From Octopus sinensis (taxonomy: Eukaryota), in the NCBI RefSeq assembly GCF_006345805.1, contig NC_043020.1:9300001-9364000 (forward strand): a DNA stretch of 64,000 nt, written 5' to 3'. Within the stretch, counting starts at the first letter, position 1; every line of letters begins with the position of its first letter. Below are positions 36,860 through 50,024 of the stretch, one piece after another. The translations under genes and the position numbers were made by a program. The notes beneath the pieces are model-generated. The model made no database searches. It was not told where the DNA came from and saw only the letters and a list, made by a program, of their open reading frames with translations.

Positions 36860-36935
36860 GATTAAGGGTATGAAGCCAGGAAAAGCCCCCTGGTCCATCA
36901 GGAATCACTGCTGAGATGCTTAAAACATCTGGTGG
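36860..36935 (+). mobile_element. Tiny RTE-like RT fragment
   Basis: Encodes KGMKPGKA(P)-GPSGITAEMLKTSG, matching the KAxGPxGIxAEMLK segment upstream of LINE RT domains. Confidence 0.5.
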
Positions 36936-37286
36936 TTTAAGTGGGCCACCTGAGTGGGCCACAAGATGAGCTGAATGAAAAGTAAAACGAAAGAAAAGGG
37001 AGATGAAGAGAAGGAGGAGGAGGAGAAGAAGAAGAAGAAGAAGAAGAAGAAGAAGAAGGTGGAGGAGGAGATGATGAATGATAACAACGATGATGATGAT
37101 GATGATAGTTTCAAACTTTTCCACAGGGGCAGCCATTTTAGGAGAGGGAATCAGTCAATTACAATCATCCCCAATCTTCATCATCATCATCATCATCATC
37201 ATCGTTTAACGTCCGTTTTCCATGCTAGCATGGGTTGGGCGGTTCGACCTGGGAAGCCAAGAGGCTGCACCAGGCTCCAGTCTAAC

Positions 37287-37704
37287 CAGTTTAACCAAAA
37301 CCGGGTATCTTATAGTCGTGATTCATATCAAGCCCTTCTGGGTATTAGCGCGTGTCTACGATGAGTCTAGGATTTTAAAAATAATTTACCATCATTTTTT
37401 TTCCATTTTTAATGCATATTTTTTAAATATAAGGGAAGTAACTCTCTAAAAATGTCTATGATGAGTCAACGATTTAAAAAAAAATTTAACAATTTTTTTT
37501 CCATTTTCATGCATATTTTTTAAATATAAGGGAAGTAACTCTCTAAAAATGTCTATGATGAGTCAACAATTTAAAAAAAAATTTAACATAATTTTTTCCC
37601 ATTTTTAATGCATTTTTTGCTATTTTTTTTGGCTATAACTCTCTAAAAATGCTTATATAGTTATTTCCCTTACAAACCCGAGCAACGCCGGGCGATACTG
37701 CTAG
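37287..37704 (+). mobile_element. 5'-truncated H1 Helitron with extra internal subrepeats
   Basis: The H1 body is fused to a family D fragment and ends in hairpin plus CTAG. Confidence 0.8.
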
Positions 37705-38076
37705 TCTCTCTATATATAAACGGCAGTTTGTCTGTGTGTGTTTCTGTGTGTCTGTTAGGTTGTACCCTCACCCTGACCACGGCTTTCAACCGATTCTGAT
37801 GAAACTTGATACACACATAGCCCAATGTCATAATTCAAAACTAACTCTGCGAAAATTTTGAAAAGTTCCCCCAGTTCTGAAAAAAATCGATAAATTCGAC
37901 ATGGGATCGAGAATCAGAAACACAAACCACAGACTGTCTAGGGGACGCAACTCGACCGTTTTAACTAAAAAAAAATTTACCATCATTTTTTTCCCATTTT
38001 TTGGCTATAACTCTCTAAAAATGCTTTATAGTTATTTCCCTTACAAACCCGAGCAACGCCGGGCGATAACTGCTAG
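37705..38076 (+). mobile_element. Chimeric Helitron: different 5' body with an H1-type 3' end, tandem to the previous copy
   Basis: Begins TC(TC)TATATATAAA directly after the preceding CTAG, has a unique body, then the H1 3' ~110 bp, hairpin and CTAG|T. Confidence 0.75.
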
Positions 38077-38904
38077 TAGAAAATAAAAACCAAGTTGCAT
38101 TCATTAAACGACCCCTTCCGAACGTTCCTACCTCCTTCTTTGCAGGCTCCATCGAAGAAGTATTCAGCACTGTTGGTCGACAGTTGGCTCCTTTCTTTCT
38201 TCGACACTGGCTGGATACTTCTGAATACTCTAGAGAAAGAGTCCTGTTTAAACGAGAACGGTCATAGATTGAATCACTTTACTTCCAAATCAAGCAGATA
38301 CATTATCAATTTGTGGCCTTCCAGTTGTGGCCATCACATCATTTTATTTCTACATATAGACGTGAGCACGGGGGCGAGTTCAGTCCTATAGTGCAACGAC
38401 ACTTTGGGCAAGTGGCTTCTATTATAGCCCCAAGGCAACCAATGAGTTGTGAGTGAATTCTGTTGATAGAAACTGTGTGGAAGCCCATCGTATATAAACA
38501 TATATATATATATATACACACACATATACATATATATATATATACATACATACAGCTTGCTTCTGAGTTCAGTCCCACTGCGTGGCACCTTGAGAAAGAG
38601 TCTTCTACTATAGCCTCGGGCCGACCAAAGCCTTGTGAGTGGATTTGGTAGACGGAAACTGTAAGAAGCCTGTCGTATGTATATGTGTGTGTGTGTGTGT
38701 GCGTGCATGCGTGTGCATGTGTGTGTGTATATGTATGTATGTGTATATATACATATATATATATATGTATGTATGTATGTATATGCATACATATATATAT
38801 ATGTGTATATATACATATATATATATGTATGCATATACATACATACATACATATATATATATATGTATATATACACATACATACATATACACACACACAT
38901 GCAC

Positions 38905-38934
<30 letters not shown>

Positions 38935-38937
<3 letters not shown>

Positions 38938-39132
38938 TTCTTTTATTCTTTCAATCATTTGACTGCGGCCATGCTGGAGTACCGCCTATAGTCGAGCAAA
39001 TCGACCCCAGCACTTATTCTTTGTAATCCTAGTACTTATTCTATTGGTTGCTTTTTGTTGAACCACTAGATAATGGAGACATAAACACACCAGCATCGGT
39101 TGTGAAGCGATGGTGGGGGTACAAACACGCAT

Positions 39133-39185
<53 letters not shown>

Positions 39186-39736
39186 TACGACAGGCTTCTT
39201 ACGGTTTCCGTCTACCAAATCCACTCACAAGGCTTTGGTCGGCCCGAGGCTATAGTAGAAGACTCTTTCTCAAGGTGCCACTCAGAAGCAAGCTACTTAC
39301 CACACAGCCACACCTGCACCTATATACTCTTTTACTCTTTTACTTGTTTCAGTCATTTGACTGCGGCCATGCTGGAGCACCGCCTTTAATCGAGCAAATC
39401 GACCCCGGGACTTATTCTTTGTAAGCCCAGTACTTATTCTATCGGTCTCTTTTTGCCGAACCGCTAAGTGACGGGGACGTAAACACACCAGCATCGGTTG
39501 TCAAGCAATGCTAGGGGGACAAACACAGACACACAAACACACACACATACATATACATATATATACATATATACGACAGGCTTCTTTTAGTTTCCGTCTA
39601 CCAAATCCACTCACAAGGCATTGGTCGGCCCGGGGCTATAGCAGAAGACACTTGCCCAAAATGCCACGCAGTGGAACTGAACCCTGAACCATGTTGTTGG
39701 TAGACAAGCTACTTACCACACAGCCACTCCTGCACC
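38935..39736 (-). mobile_element. Two tandem family A SINEs (38935-39320 and 39326-39736)
   Basis: Two consecutive reverse-complement family A copies. Plus-strand family A heads lie just upstream at ~38370-38690. Confidence 0.85.
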
Positions 39737-39874
39737 TATATATATATATATATATATAAATGTGCACATGCATGAGTGTGTGTATGTGTTTCTCAGTTTG
39801 TTTGGCCCCACACCATTTGACAGCCAGTGTTGGTTTCTTTACATCCCTTTAACTTAGGGTCTGATAGAATAAGT

Positions 39875-40196
39875 AGCACTTCGTCAGTTGCGACGATGAG
39901 CATTCCAGTATATCTGATTCAATGGAACAGCCTGATCATGAAATTAGCATGCAAGTGACTGAGTATTCCACAGACACGATGCATTCTCCTAACATAGTTC
40001 TCAGGGAGATTCAGCATGACACAGAAAGTGACAAGGCTGGACCCTTTGAAATACATGGACAACTCATTTTTACCAGCTGAGTGAATTGGGGCAACGTGAA
40101 ATAAAGGGTTTTGCTCAAGGACACGATTCGCCAGGAATTGAACCCACGACTTTATGATTGTGAGTCGAATGCTCTAACCACAAAGCCACGTGCCTT
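39875..40196 (-). mobile_element. SINE with a CORE-like head and the family C 3' domain
   Basis: The 3' half is homologous to the family C tail. The 5' half has a different tRNA head plus gtgtccttgagcaaaaccc (CORE-like). Confidence 0.65.
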
Positions 40197-41054
40197 CACT
40201 GATAGAATAAATACTAGACTTAAAATAAGGGTTAGGGTTTAGGGTTAGGGTCGATTCATTAAACTAAACCTTTAAACAAGCAAAAGGTAAATGATGTGTG
40301 TATGTGTGTGTGTTTGTGCGTGTGTGAGTGAGTGTCTGTTGAAGTTTTATGGGGGAGGGGACCAGTGGATTACATCGATCCCAGTGATTCAGTGGTACTT
40401 AATTTATCGACCCTGAAAGGATGAAAGGCAAAATTGACCTTGATGGAATTAGAACTCAGGACGTAGTGACGGGCGAAATACTCAGCATTTTGTCCGGCGT
40501 GCTAACGATTCTGCCAACTCGCTGCCTTGAAATATTGAAATATTAAATATATGAAATTATTTGTATACCGGAATAATAGCAGAATATCAGGACATAAGAA
40601 TGTTCAAAAATTTTGGAATATCCGAAAGAAGGGATGGCACTGACCTGTGGAACATTGTGTACTTGAGGATTTTGGGTTAATCGACCAAAACACGGCAGAA
40701 AGAAACACATGGCATCAATTTGATTCTGACCACTGGTTCCTGAAAAGATTGGCTAAAAACAGAAGATATAGATTTAGAAGGGCGGAGTAGAAGAGGGATA
40801 GTGTGAGGATGGGGAGAGTTGTTTAGAGAGAATGAAGGGGGAGGGAAGGAAGGAAGGAAGGAGGGAGGGGAAGATAAAAAGAAGATGTGTAGAGAGAAAG
40901 ATTGTGATTCATGCAAGACAATCTTTCGCTAAAAGTCTGTGACGTCATGAGTCAATGTGTGTCACTGTGTCCATCTGTTCGACGGAGCTGAACTGTCAAA
41001 TACACACTCACACACACACACACTCACTCACAATTGACATCATATACTAATACC

Positions 41055-41275
41055 TATTTCTTTACTACCCACAAGGGGCTAAACACAGAGGGAACAAACA
41101 AGGACAGACAAAGAGGTTAAGTCGATTACATCGACCGCAGTTCGTAACTGGTACTTAATTTATCGACCCCGAAAGGATGAAAGGCAAAGTCGACCTCGAC
41201 GCAATTTGAACTCACAACGTAACGCAGACGAAATACCGCTAAGCATTTCGACCGGCGTGCTAACGTTTCTGCCAG
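41055..41275 (-). mobile_element. SINE family B
   Basis: Family B sequence with a 6-bp TSD aatacc (41049-41054 and 41276-41281). Confidence 0.88.
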
Positions 41276-42151
41276 AATACCGAAACATTACCATATTAAC
41301 TACATTTTACTATAGACACACCACTGATGGTCCGGAACCTCTTATAATCCATACTAATCCACTTTAATGCATTGATACCCTTAGTTTATTAAATTATTTT
41401 AAGTGAATTTAATTTTTGTTTAATTTAGAGAGTGTCGACCGAGGTGACCTTCCCTTGTTTGGAAAAATCAGTTATATGGAAAGGCTTCGGCAAGAAAGGT
41501 TCTGGAAAAATCGATGTTGTACCTTTAATATCAAGGTGGCGAGGTGGCAGAATCATTAGCACGCTGAGCAAAATGCTGAGTGGCATTTCGTCTGTCTTTA
41601 CGTTCTGAGTTCAAATCCCGCCGAGGTATAATTTTCCTTTCATCCTATCAGAATCGCTAAATTGGTGAAGGTAAAGCACGTGCACACCACCATTCAGACG
41701 AAAGTGAAACATCTGGGGCTTTTTAGCTTTTTGAGGTGCTGGGTGGGCGACGGGGGGAGGAAGGGGCCTTGAGTGTTTCTTCAAGAAAAATTAAAATTTA
41801 AAAAAAAAATCCAATTCGTAGTCTCTGCATTTTTATATGTAGATTAAAAAAAAAATTCTTTCCCTTCCTCAGTACAGAATAACTCTTCAGTTGAGATGGC
41901 GCTGCTAAACACCCACCCGTTCGAAAATATAATTTTCTAAATGATTCACAATCACTGATCTGATAATATAGAAACATTGTTCTTCCTAAATCTCTCAATG
42001 AAAGATATTCAGCAGCAGTACTTTAAAGTGATGATTATGTGGCAGTCCGAGGAGCCCCAGGAGAAATTGGGAAATTGGTGTGTGTGTGTGAAATTCAAAT
42101 TTTAAAAACGTGATTTTGGGGCAAAATTATATTCTCTTATATTAAAAACAT

Positions 42152-42446
42152 ATGGAGGCGCAATGGCCTAGTGGTTAGGGCAGCGGACTCGCGGTCGCAG
42201 GATCGCGGTTTCGATTCCCAGACCAGGCGTTGTGAGTGTTTATTGAGCGAAAACACCTAAAAGCTCCGTGAGGCTCCGGCAGGTGGGGTGGTGATCCCTG
42301 CTGTACTCTTTCACCACTCTTTCTTCTGTTGGCCTGCTCGCTTAGCCAGCGGGGTGGCGTCATTCGAAGGCTAAAACAATGCGAACGCATTGTGACCAGC
42401 GATGTGTAACTACATCTGATGGTCTGGTCGGTCACGTGATCACGTG
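42152..42446 (+). mobile_element. SINE with the family C head but a different 3' tail ending in (cacgtgat)2
   Basis: 13-bp TSD atattaaaaacat (42139-42151 and 42447-42459). The first ~165 nt match family C, then the sequence diverges. Confidence 0.88.
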
Positions 42447-42689
42447 ATATTAAAAACATTAAATTTGGAGAAAATTTTGGAAATAAAAAAAACATTGGAA
42501 ATGGATGGTGTGCACGCATTTTACTTTCGCCACTAAATTAAGGACCATTTGAGCATTGGGGGTGGGGGTGAGGTAATTGACCAGCCCCCACTCCACCAAA
42601 ATCTGTGGCCTTGTGCTGACAGAAGAAAGGATTATTAAGGTGCCAAAATAGTAGAGTCATTGGTGCGTTACATAAAATGTATTTATTCT

Positions 42690-43913
42690 TTTGTTCTTTT
42701 ACTAATTTCAGTCATTTTGACTGTGGCCATGCTGGAGCACAGCCTTGAAGAGATTTTAGCCGAACAAGTCGACTCCAGGGCTTATTCTTTGTAAGCCTAG
42801 TACTTATTCTATCGGTCTCTTTTGTCGAACTGCTATGTTACCAAGCTGTAAACACACCAGCACCAGTTGTCAAGTGGTGGTGGGAGAAAAATGCAGACAC
42901 AAAGACACATACACACACACACACATACATACATACATATATACACACACACACACACATACATACATACATACATACATACATACATACATACATACAC
43001 ACATACATACACACACACACATACATACATACACACACACATACATACATACACACACACACACATACATACATACATACATACATACATACATACATAC
43101 ACACACACATACATACACACACACATACATACATACACACACACATACATACATACACACACATACATACATACACACACACATACATACATACATACAT
43201 ACATACATACATACATACATACATACACACACACATACATACACACACACATACATACACACACACATACATACATACACACACACATACATACATTCAT
43301 ACATACATACATACATACATACACACACATACATACACACACACACATACATACATACACACACACATACATACACACACACACATACATACATACACAC
43401 ACACATACATACATACACACACACATACATACACACACACACATACATACATTCATACATACATATACATACATACATACACACACACACATACATACAC
43501 ACATACATACATACACACACACATACATACATACATACATACATACACACACACGCACATACATACATACATACATACATACATACATACACACACACAT
43601 ACATACACACACACATACATACATACACACACACATACATACATACATTTATACATACATATACATACATACATACACACACACACATACATACACACAT
43701 ACATACATACACACACACATACATACATACACACACACACATACATACATACACACACACATCCATACATACATACATACATACATACATACACACACAC
43801 ATACATACACACATACATACATACACACACACATACACACACACACATACATACACACCACACATACATATACATACACACACACACATACATACACACA
43901 TACATACATACAT

Positions 43914-43946
<33 letters not shown>

Positions 43947-44222
43947 TACATACATACACACACACACATACATACATACATACATACACACACACACATA
44001 CATACATACATACATACAGAATAATATATGTATGATGATGATGATGATGATATATATTCGATAGGCTTCTTTCAGTTTCCGTCTACCAAATCCACTCACA
44101 AGGCTTTGGTTGGCCTGATGGTATAGTAGAAGACACTTGCCCAAGGTGCCATGCAGTGGGACTGAACTCGGAACCATGTAGTTGGAAAGCAAACTTCTTA
44201 CCACACAGCCACGCCTGCGCCT
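42690..44222 (-). mobile_element. Family A SINE inflated by a ~1.1-kb internal (TACA/CA)n expansion
   Basis: The tail (42690-42900) and head (44055-44222) of one element enclose the microsatellite at the family's usual internal repeat position. Confidence 0.85.
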
Positions 44223-44804
44223 GTGGAAATTTTGTCCTGAGTTCAAATACAGTTGAGGTCAATGTTGCCTTTCCTCCTTTCGGGGGGTTGATAAAATAAG
44301 TACCAGTTGCTCATTCCAATCAGATTTCTCCTCCTCCCCCACCTCCCCCCAAATTTCAGGCCTTGTGCTAAAATTAGAAAGGAAGCAGTTGCTGGCAGGG
44401 CAAGAAGGCGAAAGGTGTCCTCAAAGTAGCAAGGAACAATTGCAACAGAACGGACTCAATTAGATGCAATGAAGGTGTGAGAGAGAGAGAGCGAGAGAAA
44501 GAGAAAGCAAGAGAGAGAGAGAGAGAAACAAAGAGGGAGAGAGAGAAAAGTAGATTTATATATATATATATATACAGATTCAGATAAATATGGTACTTAA
44601 GTTAAAGGCACCAGAATTTGGTATGGTATTATCCATATCAATCAAATGGGGTGATTATAATCAAAATAAGCAACAAGGATATCCAAGGTAGTGTAGTACA
44701 ATCGTTTCATGCTACTTCATTTAATTAAACAATTTAAGTATTACATCAGTTTTAAAATGTAGAGCACTCTTCAGCCGCATATGGAATTTTAAAAAAATTA
44801 AATA

Positions 44805-45142
44805 GGCGCAGGAGTGGCTGTGTGGTAAGTAGCTTGCTTACCAGCCACATGGTTCCGGGTTCAGTCCCACTGCGTGGCATCTTGGGCAAGTGTCTTCTGC
44901 TATAGCCTCGGGCCGACCAATGCCTTGTGAGTGAATTTGGTAGACGGAAACTGAAAGAAGCCTGTCGTATATATGTATATATTTATATATATATATATAT
45001 GTATATGTTTGTGTGTGTGTGTTTGTCCCCCTAGCATTGCTTGACAACCGATGCTGGTCCCCGTCACTTAGCGGTTCGGCAAAAAGAGACCGATAGAATA
45101 AGTACTGGGCTTACAAAGAATAAGTCCCGGGGTCGATTTGCT
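44805..45142 (+). mobile_element. SINE family A, 3'-truncated
   Basis: Head through ggggtcgatttgct. Confidence 0.85.
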
Positions 45143-45184
45143 TGTACAAGCAAAGTAGTGGTTCGTTGTTCATTATATTTTGAA

Positions 45185-45563
45185 CTAGCAGTATCGCCCG
45201 GCATTGCTTGGGTTTTTTTTAAGGCAAATAACTATATAAGCATTTTTAGAGAGTTATAGCCAAAAAATGGAAAAAAAATGATGGTAAATTTTTTTTTAAA
45301 TCGTTGACTCATCGTAGTCATTTTTAGAGAGTTACTTCCCTTATATAATAGCGAAAAAAATGCATTAAAATGGAAAAAAATTATGGTAAATTGTAGACTC
45401 ATCGTAGACTCATCGTAGACGCGCGCTAATACCCAGAAGGGCTCGATATGAATCACAACTATAAGATACCCGGTTTTGGTTAAACTGCACCGCAAAATGT
45501 GGGAGTAGTTAGGAATCAAAATCGTAGGAGACAGACACACAACTTCACTTTTATATATAAAGA
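45185..45563 (-). mobile_element. Non-autonomous Helitron (family H1)
   Basis: Reverse complement of H1 with intact TC and CTAG ends, inserted between A and T. Confidence 0.88.
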
Positions 45564-45639
45564 TTACATATTTATGAATGCATCACCATCTTTCAAGAGC
45601 TTAGGACCTCTATGGGTCTTAATCCAGCCCTGACCACAT

Positions 45640-46145
45640 TATTGAAGAAATGGATTATAATCCTAACACGGAGGAAGTTAAAATTGCTATTAAACAAATC
45701 AACTCGGGAAAAAACTCAGAAGCTGATAATATAGCAGGAGATGGGATTAAGTTTTGATGGGATTACAATGGCTAATCTTGTAATCACACTAATTATAAAG
45801 GTATGGAATTGTTCACCGGTTCTACAGGATTGTAGAGATGCTTGACTGGTTTCATTGTAAAATGAAAAAGTCCAAATCTGGTATTAATCGCGGTATTTCT
45901 TTACTTATAGAGTTAGTTGTTGGTAAAATATTCATTAGACTTTTAATTAATCAGTTGCTGATACGCTCCATCGTTGTTCATTTAGATATGGTTGAGACAC
46001 CACAGGTATGGTCTTTAGCCTCAAATAATTTCAGAAGTGTATTAAGTAGAACCTCCATCTTTACCAAGTTTTCATTGATCTTAAAGAAAGCATGGACAAC
46101 CTTGGTAAAGTTGGGGTGTCCACCTAAGTTTGGTGATATGTTTGT
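45640..46145 (+). mobile_element. Old degraded RTE-like RT fragment
   Basis: Broken frames give PNTEEVKIAIKQINSGK, RGISLL...GKIFIRLLINQL and LVKLGCPPKF. Confidence 0.7.
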
Positions 46146-46231
46146 CCATTTACTTAAATAATTCTCTGTTGGAACCGATTTCAGGAGACAACAGCAGAAT
46201 ATACTTGTGCTAATTTTGTTTTCCAAATATA

Positions 46232-46313
46232 TACGCATATGCTGAGAGAGGAACAAACCTGCTATGATCGAATCGGTCAGGTGGAGCTTTGCTCCTCTCT
46301 CAGCATATGTGTA
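46232..46313. other. 82-nt hairpin (21-bp outer stem): mini-MITE or pre-miRNA-like
   Basis: tacgcatatgctgagagagga (46232-46252) pairs with tcctctctcagcatatgtgta (46293-46313) with one G:U. TA dinucleotides sit at both ends. Confidence 0.75.
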
Positions 46314-46857
46314 GACATTTGTGCTCTTCCTATGGCATAAGGAGTATTTTTCTCAACTTTCTAGTTATATACATATATATACCTTCGAAAAGCGGAGTAG
46401 ATAAAATAGGGGACAACTGATGAAGGGAATGTTCTTTATTTAATGGAGAATTAGGCCTTGATAATAAATGTTCCCAGCATGAACTGAAAAAAAGATTTTA
46501 TGGCGTCTTCTGCGCCGCTTGGTAGGTCTTTCATTACAGATGGATCCCTATAAATTCAGAGATGGGTGCAATAGTAAAGATTTACCCGATAGCTGAGGGG
46601 ATAGGTAGTGACCATGTGGTAGACTGGGTGGGCTGAAGGTAGCGGTGGGGAGTATTGTACCCTCAGTCGTTTATACATCACGGAAACGCTGGGATTAGTT
46701 TAGGGTTGAGGAGGGGCTTAGGGGATTAGATTAGGGTCGAAGTTTGAGACAGACTTAATCATACACGCAAGCGTACGCACACGGTAACACACAAACACAC
46801 ACACTTGCAAATATATGTGTGTGTGTATGTTATATACATACAGATGGATATATGTAG

Positions 46858-46868
46858 ACAGATACATT

Positions 46869-46936
<68 letters not shown>

Positions 46937-46962
46937 TGAAAGAGAGAGATAGACAGACAGAC

Positions 46963-47014
<52 letters not shown>

Positions 47015-47044
47015 TGATTGATAGATAGATAGATAGATAGATAC

Positions 47045-47081
<37 letters not shown>

Positions 47082-47152
47082 CACATAGATAGATAGATAG
47101 ATAGATACATACATACATACATACATAGATAGATAGATAGACACATAGACAC

Positions 47153-47189
<37 letters not shown>

Positions 47190-47190
47190 C

Positions 47191-47225
<35 letters not shown>
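46858..47225. repeat. Complex (GATA)n array, target of the Tx1 insertions
   Basis: (gata)n with variant units gacacata, gattgata and gaca. The same variants reappear at 50369-50474. Confidence 0.95.
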
Positions 47226-47227
<2 letters not shown>

Positions 47228-50020
47228 TGTTTCTTTATTAGCCACATAGGGCTGCACACAGATAGAACAAATTACAAGGTAGAGCTTTTCTTTTGAAGGT
47301 TTAAAAAAAAAAAAAAAAAAAAAAGGAAGGGGGAGTTTCGATCAAAAGGGATCGTAAAAGGAGAGAAAGAGGACAAAAAAAAGGGGGGTTAAAAAAAAAA
47401 AAAAAAAGGGGGGGGGGAGAGGAAAAAAAAAAATTGATCAATAGGGATCGTTATCACAGAAATGTCAATATGAAGTGTAAAGGGGAGGACAGGTGAGGTT
47501 TACCCGTGGAAAGAAAAGCCTGCGGAAAAGACCACGGTAACCTCGGTCAATGAAGTCACATTATATTTCTTTTTTTTTTTTTTTTTTTTTGCAAATAAGC
47601 AACTCTCTGTTTTCGATTTCTGGTTCATAGGACTATGCTCAAGGTGGCTTCGTCATTCATACGTGCCATTCTTGCTACATTCACCCATCTTTTTTTAAAA
47701 CATTCGCTAGACAAAACTTGCCTCTCTACTCTCACTTTCCTTTTCATGGTACTTGAAGAAGTTGATGAGAGATTGACCAGAGAGGAAAGTGTTTGTCTCC
47801 AATCCTTTCAGACGCGTCCACCAGATACATTCTTTCGCCATAGCCACAAGGATGATGAAAATAGCTCTTCCTTCCCGTTTGAAGGAAGGAGGCGTGACAA
47901 TATTGACGATAGACTCAGCTGATAAACCGACTCGTCCCACACGTGACAGCAGTTGTTCGACATAAGCCACAGGTCGGAAATTGTTGGACACTGAACGAGT
48001 GCGTGCAGAACGGTTTCGTCGCTCTGACCGCATCTCGGGCAGGTCGGCCCCGTGTTTCTCGAGCCGTGTCTGTAGAGCTTATCCCGAACGGGTAGCGCTT
48101 CTCGGTAGCACTGCCAGGCCAGGGATCTCTGGAAGTTGTCCATGGGCCCTGGCCCGAAAGTCGTCCCGAACAGGCGGGTCAGGTACTCCTCGTCGACGTC
48201 CAGGTTCGCCCCGAGCTCGTCGTCGTACCTCCCCTCCACTAAACCCCTATAGAATGCTTTGGTTGTGTTGAAGTCACTTAAGGTCGCCCAGGACGGCAGA
48301 GTTGCTTGAGAGCAACGCGACACTCGCGGTGCCATTCGCCCTTCCTCGGCCTCTTTTGATCCACGACTGCAGTTCGGTCATGGAGACGAGCTGCGGGAAA
48401 GCGTGCCTCACAAACGGCGACCACACCTGTTCACCGTCGTCTACATAGAGCCAGAGATGTCGCAGTCTCAGCGCGTGTCTGCGCATCATCAACCACGGCA
48501 TGCCCAGCCCTCCTTTTAACGGGTGTTGACAGCAAATGGATCGCCTGACCATCGGGACGCATCCTTTCCACAAGAAGCGAAAGAGGATGCGTTGTAGTTT
48601 TGGTTTGGTAGGGTCGGGACAAGGTACGACGGTCAGGCGGTAGTAGATGACGGACGCGATGTACGTGTTCGCCACCCTCCGCTCGACCTTTTAGGGACAG
48701 TTTCCTCTCGGCCCATTGCCGGCGAGAGTGACCACCCTACTCGTTATCTCGTTCCAGTTCTTCTCCACTTGGAGGTCCGGACCAAACCAGACCCCGAGCA
48801 AATCAACCGGGCCGTCGGTCCAGCGTCCCACGACGGAGGCGCTGGTGGACGGCATGGGCTTGCTTCTCCAGGTGCCTAGTCGCAAGCCCACTGACTTTTC
48901 CCGGTTGATTTTCGCTCTCCTGTCACCGCTTCGTAGTTTTTCAGTGTCTCGCCGACCAGCTCGATGTGCTCGTGGCTAGACACTATGACGGTGACGTCGT
49001 CCGCGTATGCAGACACGCTCGTCCCGCATCCCAATTCTCGCGGGATGCCCCTTAGAGTCGCCAGCTTCCGCAGTAGTGGCTCAGAGTCAATACGTATAGA
49101 AGCGCCGAGAGGGGGCATCCCTGACGGACCGAACGTGCAATGTCGAAAGGTCTCGATAGATGTCCATTTACGCGAATTACCGAACGGATGCCTCTGTACA
49201 AGGCAGCTATCCAGCCGCGGAAGACGGGACCGAAACCAGCCGTTCTCAGGACTGCCTCCAAGTATCGATGGTCTACCCTATCAAAGGCTTTTGATTGATC
49301 CAAGTTGATCAGGGCCCCACCCATGCCAGGTTCGTTAACTACCCGTCTATGATGTAGCGCATCAGATGGAGGTTGTCATGGATGGTCCCCTGGCACGGCG
49401 CATGTTTGCGCCTTGTCGACCAGTTTCTCGATGACAAGCGCCAACCTCTTGGCTAGCACCTTGGCAAAATTTTCAAGTCTGCATTAAGCAGAGTGATGGG
49501 CCTAAAGTTATCTATTACATTTCCCTTGTTTAGATCTTTCTTCAGCAGTGTTACGGCTCCTCGGCTCACAAAACCAGGAATGCTCCGTTTTGCTGCCAGT
49601 TGCAGTACACCGCCGCCAAGAGATCTCCAAACAAGTCTGGCATACAATTGTAAAGCTCGTAGGGTAGACCATCCAAACCCGGTGATTTGTCCCTCGAGCA
49701 TTCTGCCATCGCTTCCCGCACTTCGCCGCCGTGATGGCACCTTCGCAGCACCCTGCCTTTCTTGTCGAGAGTCGTGGTAGGCTATGTAGGTAGGCACTGA
49801 AGTCCACCCTACGTTCTTGCCTCCACTCGTTACAACAGTCGGGCAAAATGCTGCTGAAAGGCCTCACACATTTTACTTGGCTCGAGCAATTCGCGCCCCT
49901 GTTCATCTACTGTGACCGAATGGTGGCTTTGTTGCCCTGTTGCGCCTCTGCCACCCGGGCCTCTCTCGCGGCTCCAACACCTTCGTTCCTTAGAGCACGC
50001 ATCCTAGCTCTGACAGCACA
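47226..50020 (-). mobile_element. Tx1-clade LINE copy 1, 5'-truncated and frameshifted
   Basis: 3' UTR plus ORF2 fragments (FRPITLLNADLK, LDQSKAFDRVDH, VRQGCPLS, AYADDV, zf-RVT CPRC...H...C). Highly similar to copy 3. Confidence 0.92.
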
Positions 50021-50024
50021 TAGA

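Noticed and set aside
40228-40251. Short (TTAGGG)-like run (also ~46700-46735 and ~62103-62128)
   Set aside because: It has only about four imperfect units, which are common inside repeats, and is no evidence of a telomere fusion.
42833-44246. Long ORFs (up to 458 aa) of HTYI/MYVC repeats
   Set aside because: These are translations of the (TACA/CA)n microsatellite, which lacks stops in several frames. The same applies to similar ORFs at 35088-35619, 38334-39424, 46718-47259 and 55275-55681.
46383-46430. Permuted hammerhead-like motif GAAA…GTA…CTGATGAAGG (also ~22290-22335 and ~11845-11900 minus)
   Set aside because: Core words are present, but stem I cannot pair and stem II is weak, so no valid type II fold can be drawn.
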